Made by a program: the position numbers and the translations under genes. The notes below the pieces were generated by a model that did no database searches, was not told the DNA's origin, and saw only the letters and a list, made by a program, of their open reading frames with translations. A DNA stretch of 64,000 bases from an uncultured bacterium (lineage in GTDB: Bacteria > Poribacteria > WGA-4E > WGA-3G), in NCBI GenBank assembly GCA_964593655.1, contig CAZQIP010000155.1, forward strand, positions 1,761-65,760, in the 5' to 3' direction. Shown piece after piece: positions 1-8,719 of this stretch. Each line of letters starts with the position of its first letter. Position 1 is the first letter of the stretch.

Positions 1-102
1 CAAAACTATTTGGCGAAAGTCAAATATATTTTTTCGCCTATAACTTAACACTGTTAATTTATTTATCTATGTTAATATAAGAAAACCTGAAAGGAGAATC
101 AA

Positions 103-1773
103 ATGGAAAAGCGAAACCCACTTCAAAAACGCTTGTTTTCGGCAGCCGATTGCGCAAGGCGTTATCGACGAAGCTGGTTTTTCATACTATTTTTGGGCGT
201 ATTCCTGTCGAGTTGTTCGGGGCGATCTAACGAAGTGGTTGCTCCGACAATGATGCCTGCGTCTACGGAATTCACCTTTAAGCAGTACGAAGTCGAAACC
301 GGCATTGCGAAACACCAAACCGTTTTGACGGGTTTTCTTCTGGGTGGTGATTGTGCCGAGCTTGCTGTGGTAAATATTGACGAAAATGGTAACCGGCACT
401 TGCGTATCTACGCGTTTAGTGATGACACTTGGACATCGAGACTTGACGCAATGCTACGTCCTGAAGTATTGTTCGTCGATATGATAAACATTGGGGGGCA
501 AGATCGGTTGATTGCATACGAGCAGGGTCGCCTGAATTGGTTTGATCCAGACTCAACGACGGAACGTGCACTGGTTGAAATCGCTACGAATTACAACGCA
601 ACGAAAGACGGTGGAATCCCTTATGTTGACATCAGTCGAGACGTAAACTATGACGGTCTTGACGACTTGGTAGTACCAGACATCGATGGTGTCTGGATCG
701 CCACGCAATTGCCTGATGGATCGTTTACCGACCCGATAAAACTCGGACCGCCCGACCCGTTTCTCGACAAAATTGCTTTGGACGATACTCGCAGCTACCG
801 CGAGGTAGGGATAACCCCTTTAACTGTCCATTGGTATCTGAGTCGTGTCCACCAGATGGACTACGACCAAGATGGGCGCAGCGATCTCGTATTCTGGAAC
901 GCTGACCATTTTGACGTTTATCGCCAAGATGCTCATGGGATGTTTTCCACGGTAGCAGAAACCTTCACTGTTGACATCCCATTCGACACTGACGGTGCCT
1001 ACTCGATTGCTTTTGACTTCAGCGGCGAGAATATGTTCGCGCTCATCTTCGGCTTCAGGAAGAACACCAAGCGGAGAGTGCTGCATACGTTCCAAGATCT
1101 GAACGGCGACAATGTTGCTGATTTGGTGATCCACTCGTTAGAGGGAAGGAGCCTTGGGAAACAACGCAGCCTGTACGAGGTGCATTTCGGCACGCCAACA
1201 CCCAACGGCATCGTGTTCGCGCGGGATGTTAGCATGACAATCCGACCGCGCGGGACCGCTGGCGGATTGCAGCCTTGGGGCTACTCGTCCCAGTGGTTGG
1301 AAGATCTCGATGGCGATGGTAATATTGACATTCTGTTCAAAGATGTAAAGACCGGGCTTGTTGGGATGAGCCGGGCAATGATCGGCAAGTCGATCGCAAT
1401 AGATCTCGAGTTCTATCGCATGGAAAACGACAGGCACCCCGACAAACCGACGACTATGCGTAAAATCAGACCGGACTTAGATATTTTTGAGAAAGATAGG
1501 GTCTTCTTTCCAGTGGTACTGCTTGGCGATGTGAACGGCGATGGACGCTCAGACCTGCTGGTTGGAAAGCACTGGGAAGAGCTGCACGTTTTTCTCGGCG
1601 TACCGGGACCGGAACTGTTAGCGCGGAAACCTCAAAAGGTGGTAGTCGCTATGCCTAATGATGAGCGAAACGCTCGACTGGTAGACCTCAACGCGGATAA
1701 CAAGCAAGACCTCCTCATACATTATCCGTCCACTACCGAACCACACCGGGTGACACTGTTGATCGCCCAATAA
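103..1773 (+). CDS. FG-GAP/VCBS-repeat secreted lipoprotein (beta-propeller)
   Basis: 556-aa ORF with SD aaaggaga upstream of the ATG. The N-terminal hydrophobic segment ends LSSCSG (lipobox-like). Recurrent Ca-loop-like motifs (DYDGLDDLVVPD, DYDQDGRSDLVFW, DLNGDNVADLVI, DLDGDGNIDILF, DVNGDGRSDLLV, DLNADNKQDLLI) are typical of FG-GAP/VCBS repeats. Confidence 0.8.
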   Translation: MEKRNPLQKRLFSAADCARRYRRSWFFILFLGVFLSSCSGRSNEVVAPTMMPASTEFTFKQYEVETGIAKHQTVLTGFLLGGDCAELAVVNIDENGNRHLRIYAFSDDTWTSRLDAMLRPEVLFVDMINIGGQDRLIAYEQGRLNWFDPDSTTERALVEIATNYNATKDGGIPYVDISRDVNYDGLDDLVVPDIDGVWIATQLPDGSFTDPIKLGPPDPFLDKIALDDTRSYREVGITPLTVHWYLSRVHQMDYDQDGRSDLVFWNADHFDVYRQDAHGMFSTVAETFTVDIPFDTDGAYSIAFDFSGENMFALIFGFRKNTKRRVLHTFQDLNGDNVADLVIHSLEGRSLGKQRSLYEVHFGTPTPNGIVFARDVSMTIRPRGTAGGLQPWGYSSQWLEDLDGDGNIDILFKDVKTGLVGMSRAMIGKSIAIDLEFYRMENDRHPDKPTTMRKIRPDLDIFEKDRVFFPVVLLGDVNGDGRSDLLVGKHWEELHVFLGVPGPELLARKPQKVVVAMPNDERNARLVDLNADNKQDLLIHYPSTTEPHRVTLLIAQ

Positions 1774-1791
1774 ACAAAAAGGAGAAAAACA

Positions 1792-2355
1792 ATGACACGC
1801 ACGATGTTTTGTCTGATCTGTATTTTTGTAGGAATAACCTTTAGTTTCTCAGTTCAGGCACAAGAATCGAATCTCATCAAAGATTTTGGTATCGGACTTC
1901 AAGGAGCGACACCTGAATTTGGTGGGGTCAGTTTTCGCTATACTGGACTGGCACCCGTGTATCTTCAAACCGTCGGACGTTTTATTCTCACGGATGAGAA
2001 CAGCGACCACATGTTAGGTGCTGGTATTTCATACGCCATATTTGAACACCAAAGCAGATGGAACCTATCTCGACTCTATTTTACCTTAGAAGGTGCTTGG
2101 CGGTACGAAAGAAGGATGGACTCCATTACCCCGAAATCCGAAATTACCACGCAGCACGAAAAAACCAGAGACTACACTACCACGATATTAGGCGGCGGAA
2201 TCGCTTTTGGCGGCGAACTTGTATTTTCACTTGGCGGGATTCCACTCGGTTTGAACGTCGAAGTCGGTCAAGGATTTGGCAGGGAAAAAATCGACTCCGA
2301 ATCTAAAGGTCTCGCTGGTGTGTACGTAGGAATGGGCATACATGCCTATTTCTAA
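1792..2355 (+). CDS. small outer-membrane beta-barrel-like protein
   Basis: 187-aa ORF starting 18 nt after the previous stop, with SD aaaggaga. Signal peptide ends SVQAQE. Gly/aromatic-rich alternating segments and a C-terminal GIHAYF (terminal Phe) resemble small OM beta-barrels. The family is not recognised. Confidence 0.6.
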   Translation: MTRTMFCLICIFVGITFSFSVQAQESNLIKDFGIGLQGATPEFGGVSFRYTGLAPVYLQTVGRFILTDENSDHMLGAGISYAIFEHQSRWNLSRLYFTLEGAWRYERRMDSITPKSEITTQHEKTRDYTTTILGGGIAFGGELVFSLGGIPLGLNVEVGQGFGREKIDSESKGLAGVYVGMGIHAYF

Positions 2356-2392
2356 CGTAGACTTGATATGAGGACTTGCAAGATGAAATGCT

Positions 2393-2438
2393 GGAAGATT
2401 GGAAGGTGGGAAGACCTTTTCGATCCTTCCAATCTTCC
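2393..2438. terminator. 14-bp perfect inverted repeat between convergent genes (candidate transcription stop / stabiliser hairpin)
   Basis: ggaagattggaagg (2393-2406) pairs with ccttccaatcttcc (2425-2438) around an 18-nt loop. There is no U-tract on either strand, so it is not a canonical intrinsic terminator. Confidence 0.35.
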
Positions 2439-2507
2439 AACCGCCACTCAAACGCTTCCACGCTTTGCCTTCCTTTCTTTTCCACGTGATCATCAGTAGT
2501 CTACTGT

Positions 2508-3413
2508 TCAACCTGACCTCTGAGCTTGCTGTGTTGAGACCTGTGCCTCCCACTCTTTCCATGTTGATTTGTGTCCCTCAGTGAGTACAACAAGTGGTAC
2601 CCTACCGCCCGCTAGGGCTTTGTCTTTTACGAACTCGGCGGCTGCGCGCTGCTCGGCAGTCAAATTAGCGCGATCGGGCGTAGGAAAGTAGCGGAAGTCA
2701 ATGCTCCAGCGGGATTTCTGTGTCGTGTTCACTTTGCTGGTATGTACACAGAGATTCGACATGAACAAGGCACCACCGGGTTTAAGCGGAATAGGCACGG
2801 GTGTACCACGCGTCTCAACATCCTCCTCCATTCGGACGTTTGAATCTGCACCACGCGCACCGTCTAATAGACCCCAACGGTGACTGCCCGGAATGACCCA
2901 GCAACATCCATTTTCGACTGTCGCTTCAACCAGCGGCACCCACACTGTGACCATGTGGAGATTTTCGGTGTGCTTTTCTTTTTTTCCGATGGTTGACTGG
3001 TCGAGATATTGGCTGTCTTGGTGCCATGGGAACGAGGTAATCACGCTTCTCGGGAGTTTCGTCCGTAACGCTGGCGTGCCGATATTCGAGACTTCAGGAC
3101 CTAAGAGAAGGCGAAGCACATTGAGAACACCGGGGAGGTTGTAGAGATCGTAAAACTCACGCCCAAACATACCAAAAGACCAGTTGCGTGGCAGTATGTC
3201 CAATTCTTCACAGATCGCGGCATACCGCCTCTCAAAAGATTCGTTTTCATAGCGCGACGATAGTTTGCCTTCACTATACAATTCACGGCTATGGGTATCA
3301 ACCTTTTCCTTGATAAAGTCACGGATAGGTTCTAAATCTCGGTTATCAATAATGTCCTTGACCACCACATACCCGTCACGCTCATAAGCGGTCTTGATTT
3401 CTTGGTCTATCAT
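2508..3413 (-). CDS. phytanoyl-CoA dioxygenase (PhyH) family Fe(II)/2-oxoglutarate oxygenase
   Basis: 301-aa ORF with SD ggaaggag. It has a His-x-Asp motif in PWHQDSQY plus a distal His (LCVHTS), and overall PhyH-like length and layout. Confidence 0.8.
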   Translation of the reverse strand: MIDQEIKTAYERDGYVVVKDIIDNRDLEPIRDFIKEKVDTHSRELYSEGKLSSRYENESFERRYAAICEELDILPRNWSFGMFGREFYDLYNLPGVLNVLRLLLGPEVSNIGTPALRTKLPRSVITSFPWHQDSQYLDQSTIGKKEKHTENLHMVTVWVPLVEATVENGCCWVIPGSHRWGLLDGARGADSNVRMEEDVETRGTPVPIPLKPGGALFMSNLCVHTSKVNTTQKSRWSIDFRYFPTPDRANLTAEQRAAAEFVKDKALAGGRVPLVVLTEGHKSTWKEWEAQVSTQQAQRSG

Positions 3414-3531
3414 TGGCGAATCTCCTTCCGTCGTTGTTGCAGAATCTCAATATACATGTTATCATAAATGCTTGACAGACGCAATACCAATTGATTTTTT
3501 CAACCGATTTCATACACGAAGGGGAACAGAC

Positions 3532-4665
3532 ATGAAAATTACCGATGTGAAAGCGATGACGCTAAAGGGCTACAAACAGTGGAACTACGTCCAGATTGAA
3601 ACTGACGCGGGATTGACAGGGATCGGAGAGGCACATCCTGGGGCTGGTATTGCTGAAATTATCCTGCAATTTAAGAACAGGCTTGTCGGTGCAGATCCGA
3701 GAAACATAGAGCCTCTTTACCACCGACTGATTGGTGCCGCGAGTAACCGATACGCGATGGGCTTATCGGCGATCGGTGGGATAGAGACTGCCCTGTGGGA
3801 TCTGCTCGGCAAAAGCCTTGGCGTACCGGTCTATCAGTTGTTAGGTGGGAAGTATCGGGATCGGATTCGGCTTTATGCCGACGTTGGACATGGCAGAGGA
3901 AACACACCAGAAGGTTGGGCAAAGCGGGCGAGAGAAGGCGTTGCTGATGGCTACCAAGCGATTAAGTTTGACATCGATAACTCCGCAAATGAACTTAAAC
4001 AGGATACGGTCAATCGGGAATTAAGCACAGCGGAATTGCAGAAAATGACATCCTTGGTTGCTGCTGCTCGGGAAGCGGCTGGTGATGAAATTGATATTAG
4101 TATTGACTGTCATAGTCTATTCAGTGTGCACTCGGCGATGAAACTTGCGGAACGCTTAGAGCCGTTTGATCTCATGTTCTTGGAAGACCCAGTGCCGAAT
4201 GACAATGTTGAGGCGATGGCGAAGGTCAGCACCGCGACTTCTATCCCAATCTGTACGGGCGAGTTCCTGTTTCGTCGAGACGGTTTCAGAGAACTGATCC
4301 AGACGCAAGCCTGCGATATGCTCCACGTTGATGTATCTGGAACGGGTGGAATACTGGAGGCAAAGAAAATTGCGGATTTGGCTGATCTGTATTACATGCC
4401 GTTTGCGGCGCATAACATCACGTCGCCCATTGGGATGACTGCAACAGCGCACGTTTGTGCTGCGGTGCGGAATTTCATTGTCATGGAACTTCCGTATCAC
4501 GCCGATCAGGTGGATTGGCGATGGGATCTCGCAATTTCTGAGGAACCACTCATGCAAGATAACGCATTTGTGGTGCCAGAGCAGCCCGGACTGGGGGTCG
4601 AAATTAATGCAGAGGTTGCAAGGGAACATCTAATGCCCGGATCCGATCTCTTCGGTATATCCTAA
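3532..4665 (+). CDS. enolase-superfamily enzyme (mandelate racemase / sugar-acid dehydratase-like)
   Basis: The ORF-track start at 3394 overlaps the divergent gene. The internal ATG at 3532 (MKITDVKAM...) has SD gaagggga. Metal-ligand style motifs IKFDID, ISIDCH and MFLEDP and the capping-domain N-terminus fit the MR/MLE subgroup. Confidence 0.8.
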   Translation: MKITDVKAMTLKGYKQWNYVQIETDAGLTGIGEAHPGAGIAEIILQFKNRLVGADPRNIEPLYHRLIGAASNRYAMGLSAIGGIETALWDLLGKSLGVPVYQLLGGKYRDRIRLYADVGHGRGNTPEGWAKRAREGVADGYQAIKFDIDNSANELKQDTVNRELSTAELQKMTSLVAAAREAAGDEIDISIDCHSLFSVHSAMKLAERLEPFDLMFLEDPVPNDNVEAMAKVSTATSIPICTGEFLFRRDGFRELIQTQACDMLHVDVSGTGGILEAKKIADLADLYYMPFAAHNITSPIGMTATAHVCAAVRNFIVMELPYHADQVDWRWDLAISEEPLMQDNAFVVPEQPGLGVEINAEVAREHLMPGSDLFGIS

Positions 4666-4805
4666 ACTTCCCGGAGTTCATAGTGAGATAGTTCATAAAT
4701 ATGGGTTGTAAGTGTTGGCAATATAGCGGAAACGAATAGGAAATTTCTGATTAAAAATTCAGATTTTTTTTTCAATTATGACAACTTTGCAACATATCCG
4801 CTGTA

Positions 4806-4829
4806 AAATTGCGTCACTAACAATTGAAA
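4806..4829 (+). promoter_or_regulatory. 24-nt box AAATTGCGTCACTAACAATTGAAA upstream of the ECF-WD40 gene, shared with the MoxR operon upstream region
   Basis: The same sequence (23/24 nt) occurs in gene-sense orientation at 42355-42378 (minus strand) upstream of the MoxR gene. The box lies about 55 nt before the ATG at 4884. Confidence 0.4.
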
Positions 4830-4883
4830 GCCTAAATTGGTTAACTTACGCAGACAGACAATATCGGTTAGGGGAGGTTTCTG

Positions 4884-7628
4884 ATGGAAAAAGACGACAT
4901 TGAACTGATTCACAGTATATTGTTGGGCGACGAGCATGCTTTTAGTATTTTAGTTAAAAAATACCAAAAAAGTGTTCACGCCTTGGCATGGCGGAAAATC
5001 GGAGATTTCCATATCGCTGAAGAAATCACCCAAGACACTTTCCTACAAGCGCACAAAAAACTCGCTTCGTTAAAAAATCCGAGTCAGTTTGCCGGGTGGC
5101 TTTACGTAATCACAGATCGGCTTTGCAGATCATGGTTCCGAAAGCGGCAACTGAAAATGCAATCCTTGGAAACTATCAGTGAAGAAACACTTGAAGAAAC
5201 TGATTACTCGAACTATGTCCGCGAACGACGTGAAGATACAGCCGTTGAGCATCGCCGTCAAATCGTGCAAGGGCTCATGGCAAAGCTGCCGGAAAGCGAA
5301 CGGACAGTGATGGTACTTTACTACCTTGGAGAAATGACTTGTGAAGAAATTAGCAAGTTTCTGGGGGTATCCTCAAACACGGTTAGAAGTCGACTTCAAC
5401 GTGCGCGAAAACGCTTAAAGAACGAAGAACCGATAATTCAAGAAACCTTGGGCAGCATCCCATTAAGTCCAAATCTCATCGAAAACGTCATGCGGAACAT
5501 TGATACAATCAAACAAACATCCCCTTCAGGAGGTAAGCCGTTTCTGCCGTTAGCGGCTCTGGGTTCATCTGCTATTTTGATCGTTTTGTTGATGGGCGCG
5601 AGCAATCAATTCATCGCGCGTTCTCAACAACCTTATAGTTTCGATGCGCAATCAGAAAGCACTATTGAAATCGTTGACGCACCGGTTATCCGTAGTATCA
5701 TATCGAAACCCGATGTGCAGAACCGAGTTGGCAGCGATACGATCCCCGGTAGAAACAGCAATAAAGGTCTACCAACAGGAACTAAGTCCATGAAAAATAA
5801 TACAGCACAAGAAGCCATGCAATGGCATCTACCAGAAGACGCTAAAGCGCGCCTCGGTAAAGGTAAGATAAACGAAATACAGTATTCTTCCGATGGGGCA
5901 ATTCTCGTTGTTGCGACGGGTATCGGTATTTGGCTCTACGACACAACAACATATCAAGAGATCGGACTTCTTACGGCACATACGAGTGCAGTCAAGTGCC
6001 TTGCGTTCAGTCCGGATGGGCACCTCCTTGCGAGTGCAGATGACGCGGGTACCCTTCTATTGTGGCATAGAAGCACAGGCGCGCAAAAAGTGCTCACAAG
6101 GGGTCCGAAATGGGCCTCAAACTTGGCTTTCAGTCCCGATGGGAAGATACTTGCTCGTGGACGTGGCGATACTATCCGATTTTGGGACACTATCACCGGA
6201 GAAGAAAAGTCCGCGCTCACCGAACTCCCGACACATATCGGTGATTTATCATTTAGTCCCAATGGGAAAACAATTGTGAATGTAACCGGGGATGGTAAAA
6301 TCTATATATTGGATAGGTTCACCGGTAAACTGAAGAAAACGTTCGCTGTGCCTACAACAGATCATGTATTTAGCACAACCTTCAGTCTGGATGGAAAAAT
6401 AGTTGCCATTGGCAGTAGAGACGGAAATATCTATCTCTCAGATTTAAACACAGGCGAACTCAAGTTTACACTCACTGGACACTCGGAAGATGTTGAGCGT
6501 GTCACGTTCAGTCCTGACGGTAAAATCCTCGCAAGTTCATCATATATAGACGAAACGGTCCGTCTTTGGGATGTTGACACAGGCAAACACAGACGAACGC
6601 TCACTGAACACACGGGGGATATTGAGGGTTTAGCCTTCAGTCCGGATGGAAAAACGCTTGTGAGTAGTGGAAGTGGCGATGGCACCATCCGTTTCTGGGA
6701 TGTCCGCACAGGCGATCAAAAACACGCAGTTACTGGACATGCAGATTACGTTTATAGTGTTGCGTTCAATCCTGATGGAAAATTTTTTGCAAGTGGGTAT
6801 GCCGATGGCAGTATTCGTTTCTGGGATGCGGAAACCGGACTACACTTGAAAACATTCAAAAAAGGGTACGAGACATCAGGTTTGGTATTTAGTGAAGATG
6901 GGAAAACGCTTGCTTATGCAGAGGGTTTAGACATCCGTCTCCAGGATGCAGGTACTGGTGAAGAAAAAATGCGACTTACCGGGCATACGTGGGGTATGCA
7001 TAGCATGGCACTCGGTCCGGATGGAGATATACTCGCGAGCGGGAGTGAGGACATGACGATCCGCCTGTGGGATATGCGGACGGGTGCACATAAGAAAACG
7101 CTCAACGGGCATCAGCACAGAGTCTATAGTGTTGCGTTTAGTCCCGATGGGAAAACCCTCGCAAGTGGCAGCGATGACAATACAATCCGATTGTGGAATG
7201 TTGACACTGGCGAGACCGAGAGAATACTTACCGGACATGCCGGTGAGTTTGAAGGTGTTGATAACGGTCCATCGAGTGTTGAAGGCGTCAAGAGTGTTGC
7301 GTTTAGTCCCGATGGGAAAACCCTCGCAAGCGGTGGTGGTGATAATGTTATTCATCTATGGGATATAGGGACAGGTAAAAGGAAGATGACACTCACCGGA
7401 CATACACATTGGGTGTTTAGCCTGGCGTTCAGCCCGGATGGTAAAACGCTCGCAAGTGGCAGCGTAGACAGCGACATTCGGCTATGGGATCCACACACAG
7501 GTCAACATAAGAGAACGCTCACTGGTCATTCCGATTGGGTCAGAAGCATCGCGTTCAGTTCGGATGGGAAAACCCTTGTTAGCGGCAGTGATGATGGCTC
7601 CGTGCTTCTTTGGAAAATTGATCCTTAA
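4884..7628 (+). CDS. ECF sigma factor fused to a TM helix and a 14-unit WD40 propeller domain
   Basis: 914 aa with SD gggagg. Sigma-70 region 2 (FHIAEEITQDTFLQAHKKL...FAGWLYVITDRL) and region 4 (ERTVMVLYYLGEMTCEEISKFLGVSSNTVRSRLQRARKRL) are present. One TM helix (FLPLAALGSSAILIVLLMGA) follows, then 14 units by my count with FSPDGK(T/I)LAS and IR(L/F)WD signatures. Confidence 0.9.
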   Translation: MEKDDIELIHSILLGDEHAFSILVKKYQKSVHALAWRKIGDFHIAEEITQDTFLQAHKKLASLKNPSQFAGWLYVITDRLCRSWFRKRQLKMQSLETISEETLEETDYSNYVRERREDTAVEHRRQIVQGLMAKLPESERTVMVLYYLGEMTCEEISKFLGVSSNTVRSRLQRARKRLKNEEPIIQETLGSIPLSPNLIENVMRNIDTIKQTSPSGGKPFLPLAALGSSAILIVLLMGASNQFIARSQQPYSFDAQSESTIEIVDAPVIRSIISKPDVQNRVGSDTIPGRNSNKGLPTGTKSMKNNTAQEAMQWHLPEDAKARLGKGKINEIQYSSDGAILVVATGIGIWLYDTTTYQEIGLLTAHTSAVKCLAFSPDGHLLASADDAGTLLLWHRSTGAQKVLTRGPKWASNLAFSPDGKILARGRGDTIRFWDTITGEEKSALTELPTHIGDLSFSPNGKTIVNVTGDGKIYILDRFTGKLKKTFAVPTTDHVFSTTFSLDGKIVAIGSRDGNIYLSDLNTGELKFTLTGHSEDVERVTFSPDGKILASSSYIDETVRLWDVDTGKHRRTLTEHTGDIEGLAFSPDGKTLVSSGSGDGTIRFWDVRTGDQKHAVTGHADYVYSVAFNPDGKFFASGYADGSIRFWDAETGLHLKTFKKGYETSGLVFSEDGKTLAYAEGLDIRLQDAGTGEEKMRLTGHTWGMHSMALGPDGDILASGSEDMTIRLWDMRTGAHKKTLNGHQHRVYSVAFSPDGKTLASGSDDNTIRLWNVDTGETERILTGHAGEFEGVDNGPSSVEGVKSVAFSPDGKTLASGGGDNVIHLWDIGTGKRKMTLTGHTHWVFSLAFSPDGKTLASGSVDSDIRLWDPHTGQHKRTLTGHSDWVRSIAFSSDGKTLVSGSDDGSVLLWKIDP

Positions 7629-7645
7629 ATATCACTGAACCATCA

Positions 7646-8614
7646 TTATCGTTTGATCTTGAGAGCTCCCCATAAGGTTGACGATTTTCCTTTAGGAGAA
7701 ATTGCTAAGGGTTTTGGAGACCAATCTGGTGTCCGAGCCCAGTGTAAGTCCTCAGCAATGGCAACAACTCCATTACCGTCAGCGTTCATCACGTATATAC
7801 CGTAAAGACCGCCACGTTTTGATGAGTAGGCGATCCGTTGACCGTCCGGGGACCACGTTGGATGCGTATCTTCGGATCTGCTATTCGTTAGATTCTCTTC
7901 CGCTTTGCCATCTACATTTATTATGTAGATGTCCCAGATTTTGTCGCGCCAAGATGCAAATGCGATCTGTGTGCCGTCTGGCGACCACGCTGGATCTGTG
8001 TCCCAAAATCGCGAGGTAGTAACCCGTCTTATGTTCGTACCATCAGCGCTCATCGCAAAGATGTCCGATCCAAAAATACGAGTCGATTCAAAGGCAATCT
8101 GCTTGCCATCTGGGGACCACGCCGGATAGATATCCGCACCTGGATGATCGGTGAGTCGTGTTAGGTTTGTGCCGTCGGCGTTTATCACATAAACTTCTGG
8201 ATTCCCATCCCGAAATGATGAAAAAGCAATGCGTTTCCCATCCGGAGACCACGCGGGACCACCATGATCAACAGGGTGTTGGGTTAGGTTAATCGGTTGC
8301 CCTCCGTTTGCAGACATTACATAGATTTCAAAGAAAAATCCACCCCGATCTGATACAAAAGCGATCTGTTTTCCATCCATGGACCAGACCGGTTCTGCAT
8401 CGTAGAACTCGTCTTGGGTCAACTGTTTAATATTTTTACCGCCAGAATCCATCACATAAATATCTTGTCTTTCAGGCGTACCAGACGTAAAAGCGATTTG
8501 CGCTTCAGCACTGAGGGGCATACCAATCAATGCTACAGTACCCAATAGCACAAAAACAACAAAATTATTTTGCAGCTTGTTTTGCAAAGTCAGTGGTTTC
8601 GATTGGTTTCTCAT
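7646..8614 (-). CDS. PD40/TolB-like periplasmic beta-propeller protein
   Basis: 322 aa with SD ggagga. Signal peptide ends PLSAEAQ. At least five repeats of the P(A/T/V)WSPDG(K/T/Q)xIA(F/Y) type are followed by (D/E)IY(V/I)(M/I). Confidence 0.85.
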   Translation of the reverse strand: MRNQSKPLTLQNKLQNNFVVFVLLGTVALIGMPLSAEAQIAFTSGTPERQDIYVMDSGGKNIKQLTQDEFYDAEPVWSMDGKQIAFVSDRGGFFFEIYVMSANGGQPINLTQHPVDHGGPAWSPDGKRIAFSSFRDGNPEVYVINADGTNLTRLTDHPGADIYPAWSPDGKQIAFESTRIFGSDIFAMSADGTNIRRVTTSRFWDTDPAWSPDGTQIAFASWRDKIWDIYIINVDGKAEENLTNSRSEDTHPTWSPDGQRIAYSSKRGGLYGIYVMNADGNGVVAIAEDLHWARTPDWSPKPLAISPKGKSSTLWGALKIKR

Positions 8615-8719
8615 TTTTCCTCCATCGCATAATTTGTTTCAACAGTGGAACTTTGATCCTGTTTTTCTGTTTGCGAACTCTGCACTGGGTTACTAACCTT
8701 TCCGCGGATACGTATTGAC

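Noticed and set aside
12-38. Hairpin ggcgaaa-N13-tttcgcc at the window start as a terminator of an off-window gene.
   Set aside because: There is no following T-tract and no information about the upstream gene, so it cannot be supported.
3394-3531. Upstream extension of the enolase-superfamily ORF (MISWSIIGES...).
   Set aside because: It overlaps the divergent PhyH gene start and has no SD. The conserved N-terminus (MKITDVK) starts at ATG 3532, which has a good SD.
4884-7628. WD40-rich genes as eukaryotic contamination or eukaryote-derived DNA.
   Set aside because: The genes have SD sequences and compact operon-like spacing. They are fused to bacterial ECF sigma regions, signal peptides or TM anchors, and are embedded among typical bacterial genes.
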